A stretch of 64,000 bases of DNA. Origin: Anaerolineaceae bacterium. GTDB lineage: Bacteria > Chloroflexota > Anaerolineae > Anaerolineales > Anaerolineaceae. The translations under genes and the position numbers were made by a program. The stretch lies in contig JBCFBH010000001.1 in assembly GCA_038562595.1 (NCBI GenBank), positions 36,093-100,092 of the forward strand, in the 5' to 3' direction. Within the stretch, counting starts at the first letter, position 1, and every line of letters starts with the position of its first letter. The notes below the pieces were generated by a model that was not told the DNA's origin, did no database searches, and was given only the letters and a program-made list of their open reading frames with translations. Shown one piece after another: positions 10,918 to 18,727 of this stretch.

Positions 10918-13422
10918 TTACAGCGGCGGAGTGCCAAGCCTGACCTCGACGTAGACTTCCTCAGGCGCTCCGGATGGAACCGGAATAAGCGTTCCCTGGA
11001 TTTCCTTGCCGTCCACGCGCAGCTTACAGGCGTTGCCCGCGCCTACACGGATGACATTGATCAGATAGCGCGTTCCGCGGAACTCGCGCACTGCCTGAAA
11101 ACTCTGCCAAGCTTCCGGGATGACAGGCTGCACGCGCAGCCCATTGAATTCCGGTCGGATGCCCAGGATGTGCTGGGTAATTGCCGCGAAGTTCCAGGAG
11201 GCGGTGCCGGTGAGCCAGGAATTTTTAGCCTCGCCGTGGGTCGGAGCATCCTTGCCGGCGATCATCTGAGCGTAGACATAGGGCTCACAGCGGTGGACCT
11301 CACTGATCTGTTCGCGAGCTGAGGGGCATATGCGAGTGTAATAATCAAAAGCGCGGTCTCCTCTGCCAATTTTGGTTTCGGCAATCATGATCCAGGGGTT
11401 GTTGTGGCAAAAAATTCCGGCATTTTCCTTGTATCCAGGCGGATATGTGGATATTTCCCCTAATTTCAATTCATAGTGGGTATATGCGGGCTGTAAAATG
11501 ACAATCCCGTGAGGGGTTGCCAGGCGCTCCGCGACAGAATCAAGTGCGGCTTGCGCCTTGCCGTCCTCCACGCCCAAACCCGCCATCACGCATATGCCCT
11601 GTGGTTCAATAAAGATCTGCCCTTCAGGGTTCACGCTTGAACCCACCGGCTCGCCAAAGGCATCGTACGCGCGGCGGAACCAGGCGCCATCCCAACCAGC
11701 GGCCCATACCGCGGCTTCCATCAGGCGCGCTTTTTCGCGGTAGAAATCCGCGGGCTGTTGGAAAAAGCCGGGGTTCTCCAAGCGGTGCAACTCGGCAAGC
11801 TGCACCATATCCTGGGCGGCCAGCACAAACAGCCCGGCTATGAACACGCTCTCGGCGACCGTTCCTTCCTGGTTGGTGGTCGTCTGAAAAGATTGACCTG
11901 GAGTGTCCGAGAAACAGTTCAGGTTCAGGCAGTCATTCCAGTCCGCGCGTCCAATCAGCGGCAGCCCGTGCGGGCCGAGCGCGTTCAGAGTGTATTGCAT
12001 GGAGCGCTGCAGATGCTCGTAAAGCGGCATTTCGGAGCCGGGCTGGTTTTCATACTGTACGAGCGCATCCAGAATAGAAGTATCCCCGGTTTCCTTCACA
12101 TACGCGGAAGTGCCCAAAACCAACCAGAGTGGGTCGTCGTTGAAGCCGGACCCAACATCGTTGTTGCCGCGCTTGGTCAGGGGTTGGTACTGGTGGAATG
12201 CGCCGCCGTTTTGCAGTTGCGTGGCAGCTAATTCCAGGATGCGCTCGCGCGAACGTTCGGGGACCAGGTGCACAAAACCCAGCAGGTCCTGGTTGGAATC
12301 TCTGAAGCCCATCCCTCGCCCGATGCCGGATTCAAAATAGCTCGCGGAGCGGCTCATGTTGAAGGTGACCATGCACTGGTACGCGTTCCAGATATTGACC
12401 ATGCGGTTTGTGTGCGGGTCTGGGGTGTGCACCTGGAACTTTGATAGCAAGCGTTCCCAGTCAGCTTTGAGTTCAGCGAAGGCAGTGTCCACGCTTTGGG
12501 GCTGCAGGTAGCGTTGTAAAATGGGCAAGACGCTGTCTTTTTTGATGGTTTGCGAACCAGGCTGCGCGAATTTATCCGCCGGGTCATTTTCATGATAGCC
12601 CAACAGGAAGATGATTCTGCGCATTTCGCCAGGCTGCAGTTGCAGCCTCAGATGATGGGAGCCGATTGGCTGCCATCCGTGCGCCTCTGAGTTGGAAGAT
12701 TCACCGCGCTCCACCGCGACGGGGTCATCCCAGCCGCGGTAAGCCCCGAGGAAGTCCTCGCGCTGGGTGTCAAAACCCGCCAGCGGTTCGGAGCACGCGA
12801 AAAACGCGAAGTGGTTTCGCCTTTCCCGGTATTCCGTCTTATGGAAGATGGTTCCTGCCAGAGCTCCGTTTATGGCGTCATCTCTCTTTGGGATTTCAAC
12901 TTCGCCGGTGTTGAAGTTGCGCTGAAAATTGGTCCGGTCATCCCAGGCGTCCCACAGCGCAAATTCAACAGCTGAAAACAGGCTGAGTTCTGCCGGCGTC
13001 TCGCGTTGGTTCGTGAGCGTGAGGTCCCAGACTTCCAGAGCGGCATCCAAGGGCACAAAGAACTTGATGCTTGTTTCAATTCCCGCGGACTTTGAGCGTA
13101 TCTGGGTGTAGCCAAGCCCATGCCGGCATTCATAAGCGTCGAGTTGGGTGCGCATCGGCATCCACCCGGCGGACCAGCGCTGACCGTTCTCGTCATCGCG
13201 CAGGTAAAGGTAGCGCCCGCCCATATCCAACGGGGCGTTGTTGTAGCGGTAGCGCGTAATCCTGCGCAGACGGGCATCTTTGTAAAAGCAGTAACCGCCG
13301 CCTGTGTTGCTAATCAGACTGTAAAAATCGCGGCTGCCAAGGTAATTAATCCAGGGTAAAGGGGTATCCGGTCTGGTAATGACATATTCCCGGGCTTTGT
13401 CGTCAAAAAATCCGTAGTGCAT
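10918..13422 (-). CDS. GH94 glycoside phosphorylase (cellobiose/chitobiose phosphorylase family)
   Basis: 834 aa. N-terminus MHYGFFDDKAREYVITRPDTPLPWINYLG matches the conserved start of cellobiose phosphorylases. The size is typical of the family. Confidence 0.9.
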   Translation of the reverse strand: MHYGFFDDKAREYVITRPDTPLPWINYLGSRDFYSLISNTGGGYCFYKDARLRRITRYRYNNAPLDMGGRYLYLRDDENGQRWSAGWMPMRTQLDAYECRHGLGYTQIRSKSAGIETSIKFFVPLDAALEVWDLTLTNQRETPAELSLFSAVEFALWDAWDDRTNFQRNFNTGEVEIPKRDDAINGALAGTIFHKTEYRERRNHFAFFACSEPLAGFDTQREDFLGAYRGWDDPVAVERGESSNSEAHGWQPIGSHHLRLQLQPGEMRRIIFLLGYHENDPADKFAQPGSQTIKKDSVLPILQRYLQPQSVDTAFAELKADWERLLSKFQVHTPDPHTNRMVNIWNAYQCMVTFNMSRSASYFESGIGRGMGFRDSNQDLLGFVHLVPERSRERILELAATQLQNGGAFHQYQPLTKRGNNDVGSGFNDDPLWLVLGTSAYVKETGDTSILDALVQYENQPGSEMPLYEHLQRSMQYTLNALGPHGLPLIGRADWNDCLNLNCFSDTPGQSFQTTTNQEGTVAESVFIAGLFVLAAQDMVQLAELHRLENPGFFQQPADFYREKARLMEAAVWAAGWDGAWFRRAYDAFGEPVGSSVNPEGQIFIEPQGICVMAGLGVEDGKAQAALDSVAERLATPHGIVILQPAYTHYELKLGEISTYPPGYKENAGIFCHNNPWIMIAETKIGRGDRAFDYYTRICPSAREQISEVHRCEPYVYAQMIAGKDAPTHGEAKNSWLTGTASWNFAAITQHILGIRPEFNGLRVQPVIPEAWQSFQAVREFRGTRYLINVIRVGAGNACKLRVDGKEIQGTLIPVPSGAPEEVYVEVRLGTPPL

Positions 13423-13632
13423 ATCCTCTCCTTAGGCGGCCGGCACTCGGCTGCAGTCTTTGGCGCTGTCTTTTATGGCTCTGCGCGGCGTTTCCCAGCC
13501 CATTATAAACGGCATTGCGCCAATTCCTGGTTGTTTCTCGGTAAAAAACTCCACGCCAGGCGGTATACTTTTACAAGCTTTGGCAATCGCAAGGCAAATC
13601 CTCTACAATCATCGGTTGGAAACCTAAGCCGA

Positions 13633-14733
13633 ATGAACGCCGCAAACACTAACACCCTAACACCGGCTCCCACCGAGCCGACCCGATTGGTATGGCTGGA
13701 CTTGCTGCGCATCACAGCCTCTGTGCTCATTGTGGCGCTGAACCTGACCTCGGTACAACTCAGGACGCTGCCGCTGAACGCGCACGCCTGGCAGCCTATC
13801 AATCTTTACCTCGGCGCGGCCCGTGCCGCGACACCCCTCTTCACAATGGTCAGCGGTATCCTTTTCCTTGGTTTGGGCAAGCAGCGCACTTTCAAACAGC
13901 TCCTCCAGGGACCAGTCAGGAAGATTACGGTAATATATGTCGTTTGGTCGCTGATTTACGCCCTCTTCACCCTGCTTTCCACCCCAGCTGGAACCGGCAC
14001 GCTGTTCGGGCGTTTTGCCTCTCTGGTGGTCAGCAGCCATTATCACCTGTGGTTCCTGCCTGTCCTGATTAGCCTGTACCTGCTCTCACCTTTCCTGCAG
14101 CTGATTGTTGACCAGGCCGGTGAACATATGCTCAGGTACGCCGCTGTTCTGCTTGTTTTGGGTTTGTTGGGGCATACCTTGGTACTGAGCGGGGATTTGC
14201 TCCCTATGGCAGATTGGGTGAGTACGATCGCAGAGAAATTCCCGATCGGCAAAGTGCTGCTCTTCGCGGGGTACTTTCTGCTGAGCAATTATCTGCTGCG
14301 CCATTTTTCCGCGGACCGTAAAGTCAGCCCAGTCATCTATGGGTTGGGCCTGATGGGGGCGCTTGCGAACGCTGCCGTGACCTGGCTGGCATCCCAAAGG
14401 ATGGGCGCAACGGATTTACGCTTCTCAGACCCGCTTTCCCTGATGACTTTCTTTACTGCCGCAGCAGTGTTTTTGGTTTTCAGGACACAGGTCAGCAAAA
14501 TTGCTTTTTCCGAGCGGGCGCGCTCCCTGATCGCAAATCTATCTCGCCTGACCTTGGGCGTGTTTCTGGTTCATCCGCTGGTCATCTTTTTTCTGGAGAA
14601 AGCTTTCGGGCTCAGCTTGCTCTCATTCAGCGCTGTTCTCTCGGTGCCGTTATTGACCCTGTTGGTTTTCTTCCTCAGCGCTGGTCTCATCTTCGCGGTC
14701 AAAAAGCTGCCCTTCCTGTGTTGGATTGCTTGA
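13633..14733 (+). CDS. acyltransferase family 3 membrane protein
   Basis: WLDLLRITASVLIV signature followed by about 10 TM segments. The ORF-track start 13417 overlaps the GH94 start and adds an Arg-rich non-membrane extension, so ATG 13633 is preferred. Confidence 0.7.
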   Translation: MNAANTNTLTPAPTEPTRLVWLDLLRITASVLIVALNLTSVQLRTLPLNAHAWQPINLYLGAARAATPLFTMVSGILFLGLGKQRTFKQLLQGPVRKITVIYVVWSLIYALFTLLSTPAGTGTLFGRFASLVVSSHYHLWFLPVLISLYLLSPFLQLIVDQAGEHMLRYAAVLLVLGLLGHTLVLSGDLLPMADWVSTIAEKFPIGKVLLFAGYFLLSNYLLRHFSADRKVSPVIYGLGLMGALANAAVTWLASQRMGATDLRFSDPLSLMTFFTAAAVFLVFRTQVSKIAFSERARSLIANLSRLTLGVFLVHPLVIFFLEKAFGLSLLSFSAVLSVPLLTLLVFFLSAGLIFAVKKLPFLCWIA

Positions 14734-14943
14734 ATGTCAATGGATAAGGCTTGTCATTCTGCCGCAAAAACATGAAGAGCGTCGTCCTTCCCCCTCATTG
14801 AAGTAAGCCCATCCCAAAAGTAAAAGCGTGTTGAAATTTTCAGTCAAGGAACCAATAACCAGTCCTGATAAAGCTGCATACAGATATCGTTGATTATTGA
14901 AGGAAATCTGAAGGAAAATCTGTCCCGACCCTTTTTGGCTTCT

Positions 14944-14952
14944 TGTTATAAT
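14944..14952 (+). promoter_or_regulatory. extended -10 element (TGtTATAAT) upstream of glnA
   Basis: tgttataat lies 45 nt upstream of the glnA ATG. No good -35 element was found. Confidence 0.3.
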
Positions 14953-14996
14953 TCAAACGCAATGACACTCACCCGAACCATTGCCTAAAGGAGCCT

Positions 14997-16415
14997 ATGT
15001 TTTCTTCGTTCAAAGAAGCACACGACTACGTCCGCGCCCAGCACATCGAATTGGTCGACCTGCTCTACTGCGACCTGTGGGGGCACCTGCATCACGTCAC
15101 CCTGTCTGCCAGAGAGTTCACCGAGAACGTAATGACAGAAGGGGTCGGCTTCGACGGTTCCAGCGTGGGGTTCAAGCATGTGAACGCCGGCGATATGGTG
15201 CTGATTCCCGACCTGAGCACAGCTTTCGTGGACCCATTCCACATTCAAGCGACGCTCGCCTGCCTGTGCAGCGTTTATGAAGCGGACACCAAGGAGCTTT
15301 ACCAGTTCGACCCGCGCGAAATTGCCCGGCGCGCGGAAAAGTGGATGATTTCCACAGGCATCGCGGATAGATCTTTATGGGGTCCGGAATTTGAATTCTA
15401 CATTTTTGACCGGATTACCCTGAAAAACAGCCCTGGGTATACACTCTGTCAGATTGACTCTGGGGAAGCGAACTGGGGCACATTGGTGAATGCTAACGGC
15501 TACGCGCTGCCGGACAACCAGGCTTACCAGGCTGCCGCGCCGTGCGATAACTATTACGAACTCCGCGATGAGATTGTGGTCACGCTGGAAAAGCTCGGCA
15601 TCCCGGTCAAATATCACCATCATGAGGTTGGTGGACCGGGGCAGTCAGAAATTGAAACGCCACTGCTCGGCATCACAGAGGCAGGAGATGCGGCGCTGCT
15701 GGTCAAATACGTGGTCAAGATGACCGCCATGCGCGCTGGCAAGACCGCGACCTTCCTCCCCAAACCCATTTACGGATTGGCTGGCAGCAGCACGCATTAC
15801 CACCAGCTGCTGTCCAAGGGCGGCGCCAATCAGTTTTACGACCCCAAGGGCCTGTCTTTGCTCAGCCGGACCGCTCTTCAGTACATTGGCGGAATGCTCA
15901 CGCACGCGCCGGCCGTGATGGCGTTCACCAACCCGAGCCCCAACTCGTACCGCCGGCTGGTGCCCGGCTTCGAAGCGCCTATCAAAGCCATCTTTTCAGT
16001 CGCGAACCGCAGCGCGGCCATCCGCATCCCAAAATATGCTACCGCCCCGCAGGCGGTGCGCATGGAATTCCGCACCCCAGACGCCACTGGCAACGCTTAC
16101 CTGTCCATGGCAGCCATGCTGATGGCAGGACTGGCCGGTATCCGCGCAGAAATTGACCCAACGGAAGCTGGTTTTGGACCAATTTATGACAATATTTTTG
16201 ACTGGTCAGAGGAGCGCCGCGCCACGATCAAGTCCCTGCCTACCTCTGTGGAGTTGGCGATGAGCGCTCTGGAAAACGATCCGGGTTTTCTCAAGGAAGA
16301 TGGGATATTTGACGATACCTTAATTCAAACCTGGGTAAACACCAAACGCAAAGAGGCGGAAAGGGTCAACCAACGCCCTACCCCGTTCGAGATTGAGAAT
16401 TACTACGACTGCTAA
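14997..16415 (+). CDS. glnA: glutamine synthetase type I
   Basis: 472 aa. NPSPNSYRRLVPGFEAP and other GS-I motifs. SD AAGGAG upstream. Confidence 0.95.
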   Translation: MFSSFKEAHDYVRAQHIELVDLLYCDLWGHLHHVTLSAREFTENVMTEGVGFDGSSVGFKHVNAGDMVLIPDLSTAFVDPFHIQATLACLCSVYEADTKELYQFDPREIARRAEKWMISTGIADRSLWGPEFEFYIFDRITLKNSPGYTLCQIDSGEANWGTLVNANGYALPDNQAYQAAAPCDNYYELRDEIVVTLEKLGIPVKYHHHEVGGPGQSEIETPLLGITEAGDAALLVKYVVKMTAMRAGKTATFLPKPIYGLAGSSTHYHQLLSKGGANQFYDPKGLSLLSRTALQYIGGMLTHAPAVMAFTNPSPNSYRRLVPGFEAPIKAIFSVANRSAAIRIPKYATAPQAVRMEFRTPDATGNAYLSMAAMLMAGLAGIRAEIDPTEAGFGPIYDNIFDWSEERRATIKSLPTSVELAMSALENDPGFLKEDGIFDDTLIQTWVNTKRKEAERVNQRPTPFEIENYYDC

Positions 16416-16420
16416 ATAAA

Positions 16421-16452
16421 GCAAACGGGCGGCAAAATTGCCGCCCGTTTGC
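16421..16452. terminator. bidirectional terminator between convergent glnA and the rhodanese gene
   Basis: gcaaacgggcggc-aaaatt-gccgcccgtttgc, a 13-bp perfect stem. Confidence 0.7.
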
Positions 16453-16491
16453 CTTGTTGACTTTGAATCCACAAGCTGGTTCGATCAGAAA

Positions 16492-16956
16492 CTAAGGTTC
16501 AGTGGGATAGCCCGCATTAACCCAAGCCTCAAAACCGCCTTTAATCGGGTTTGCCTTGGAAAATCCATTTTGCAGCATCAGGAACGCCGCACGGGCGCTC
16601 GTATTTTCAGCCGGTCAGGTACAGTAGGTGATATACCATTGGTCCGGGTCAAGAGCCGCAAGATTTGTTTCCAGGCTGTCTATGGGCAGATTGATTGCCC
16701 CTGCCGCATGCTGTGCCGTGTATTGCTCAGCGGAACGCGTGTCCACAAGGATTGCTTCGCCATTGCGCACGGCTTGATAAGCTTCCTGTACGCTCACGCG
16801 GGGTACGTCATCCTGAGATTTGATAATCGGGTTGCCGATTTGGGCGCGCGCACCCTGATAAACCAAAATTCCGACGCCCACCAGTGCCAGGGCGAGTATG
16901 AGTACCACTGGCAGGGTGCTGCTCTTTGTCTTTATTTTCCTGGAAGGTTTTTGCAT
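16492..16956 (-). CDS. membrane-anchored rhodanese-domain protein with an in-frame TGA at the catalytic-Cys position (candidate Sec codon, alternatively a pseudogene)
   Basis: The ORF-track ORF 16615..16956 ends ...WYITYCT-TGA. The same frame continues PAENTSARAAFLMLQNGFSKANPIKGGFEAWVNAGYPTEP to TAG at 16492-16494, which completes the rhodanese fold. Confidence 0.6.
16582..16600 (-). promoter_or_regulatory. SECIS-like hairpin starting 15 nt downstream of the in-frame UGA
   Basis: GAGCGCC-CGUGC-GGCGUUC (7 bp including one G-U pair, 5-nt loop with G at position 2). Confidence 0.3.
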
Positions 16957-17134
16957 TTCTCACCTCAATAGGAGGATTCTTTCATATTCAGCGCCGAAAA
17001 GAAAGTTCACGTACACGCTTTTGGCGCGCCATGAATGGAAAGCATGGGGGAAACGCGGATTTTTGCTGGCCATTTTAAAGATATTCTTAATGCTTATACC
17101 TGAGTTTCAGATTTTTCCCGAATGGGCTGCCAGC

Positions 17135-17167
17135 AATAAAAATAGAGACCGCTTTCTCGCGGTCTCT
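17135..17167 (-). terminator. rho-independent terminator of manC
   Basis: On the minus strand: agagaccgc-gagaaa-gcggtctct followed by atttttatt. Confidence 0.65.
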
Positions 17168-17184
17168 TCCTGGAACAAAGGAGC

Positions 17185-18255
17185 TTATATCAGATCCAGC
17201 CGTCCTGCGGCCTTTAATTCTTCCGCAACCTTGCGCACATCCTGCACGCGGTCTTTGCGACAAATCAGAAGCGCATCCGGGGTGTCCACGACAATCAAGT
17301 CTTCCAGGCCTATCCCGGCAATCAGCTTCTGACCCCCAAGCACGAGCGTCCCGCTGCAGTCCATCAGGAGCGAATCTCCACGGACCGTGTTCCCACGCGC
17401 GTCTACCGGCAGGAGCGATTTCAAGCTGTTCCAGTTTCCAACGTCGGTCCACTGCATGGTTACCGGCAAAACCACCACCCCGCGCGCCCCCTCCATGATG
17501 CCGTAATCAATGGTCTGCTTGCGGATTTTCGGCCAGATTTCAGCAAGCGTTTCGTCATAGGCGGGTGTATTGATCGACTTGCCAATCGCGTTAATCTGGT
17601 CATAGAGCTCCGGCATCTGGCGCGCGAACTCTTCCAGGATGACGCTGACCTTCCAGATGAACATCCCGGAGTTCCAGGCGTAATTTCCAGACCGGACCAT
17701 CTCCGCTGCCCGCTCCTGGTCCGGTTTCTCCACGAAACGACGGGCTTCCAAGACCCTGAAGCCTTCAATCTCGTCGACCAGGTCCCCCTGCTGGATATAG
17801 CCGTACTCTGTGGATGGGAATTCGGGGGAAATTCCCAAGGTGACCAATCGGTCACTTTTTGCGGCCTTAAGCGCGGCGGCCACCGCTTCGCGGAAAGCAG
17901 TTTCGTTGCCAATAAAGTGATCCGCTGTGAGTACTGCCATTACAGCTTCCGGGTCGCGCGCGGCCAGATGGACTGCAGTCAGCGCGATAGCCGAGGCGGT
18001 TCCGCGGCCTTCCGGCTCCAGGATAAAATTTTCCCTCGGGATTTCCGGCACCTGCTCCGCCAGCACGGCGGAGTGCGCAGCCCCAGCCACTACGATGACC
18101 TGCTGGGGCGTGAACAGCGGTGCAAGCCTTGCCACGGCAATCTGAAACATGCTTTTCTCGCTGTAAAGACGCAGCGCCGGCTTTGGTAAACGCTCGCGGG
18201 AGATCGGCCACAGCCGAGTGCCTGCTCCCCCAGCCATAATAACCGCGTAATTCAT
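17185..18255 (-). CDS. manC: mannose-1-phosphate guanylyltransferase
   Basis: 356 aa. N-terminal AVIMAGGAGTRLWPISR nucleotidyltransferase loop. Confidence 0.9.
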   Translation of the reverse strand: MNYAVIMAGGAGTRLWPISRERLPKPALRLYSEKSMFQIAVARLAPLFTPQQVIVVAGAAHSAVLAEQVPEIPRENFILEPEGRGTASAIALTAVHLAARDPEAVMAVLTADHFIGNETAFREAVAAALKAAKSDRLVTLGISPEFPSTEYGYIQQGDLVDEIEGFRVLEARRFVEKPDQERAAEMVRSGNYAWNSGMFIWKVSVILEEFARQMPELYDQINAIGKSINTPAYDETLAEIWPKIRKQTIDYGIMEGARGVVVLPVTMQWTDVGNWNSLKSLLPVDARGNTVRGDSLLMDCSGTLVLGGQKLIAGIGLEDLIVVDTPDALLICRKDRVQDVRKVAEELKAAGRLDLI

Positions 18256-18727
18256 TGCGCCTCCGATCTACTATATTTTTAGAAATTATAGCTTATTCAG
18301 GAAAGACATTCCCCTCCGCCGGATAGACCCCTTAGTACTCTTGCTAAAACACCTATGCGCATTATTCCAGACACGCCTGTAAGCGTTTCTCCTGGCCATC
18401 CTCCCCCTCCCGGACCAAAGCACCCCGGTACTTTAAACAGGCATCTTTTTGACGATGATGCGCTATATTGAGAACTATCTACACGCAATTTCATCAAAGA
18501 CCAAGGCGTTTCGAGTAAGTATTTTTCCGTTCCGGAACAGCCTCTGAATTGAGAAAGTCATTACTATGCGCAAATTATTACATAGACGGGGAGTTTTTTT
18601 TGTTTCCCGGCGGCAATTTCCGCCAGTTCGAGAGCTCGAGCCTGAGTTGGCACTCGAAAATAGCGTTCTATTTTTAAAAAGAAAAAAGCAAAGCTTGCCT
18701 ATGAGGGGAGAGTATTCAAGGCAGTTC

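Noticed and set aside
13417-13632. N-terminal 72-codon extension of the acyltransferase ORF.
   Set aside because: It overlaps the divergent GH94 start and is Arg-rich and non-membrane. The conserved family N-terminus begins right after ATG 13633.
16438-16971. 177-aa ORF on the plus strand.
   Set aside because: It is the mirror frame of the rhodanese gene and spans the glnA terminator. No motifs were recognised.
18256-18727. 472-nt gap with ORFs 18297..18497, 18475..18918 and 18566..19033.
   Set aside because: None has a ribosome-binding site or a recognisable domain, and two run into the 723-aa gene. I found no tRNA-like or riboswitch-like structure I could defend, so the region is left unannotated.
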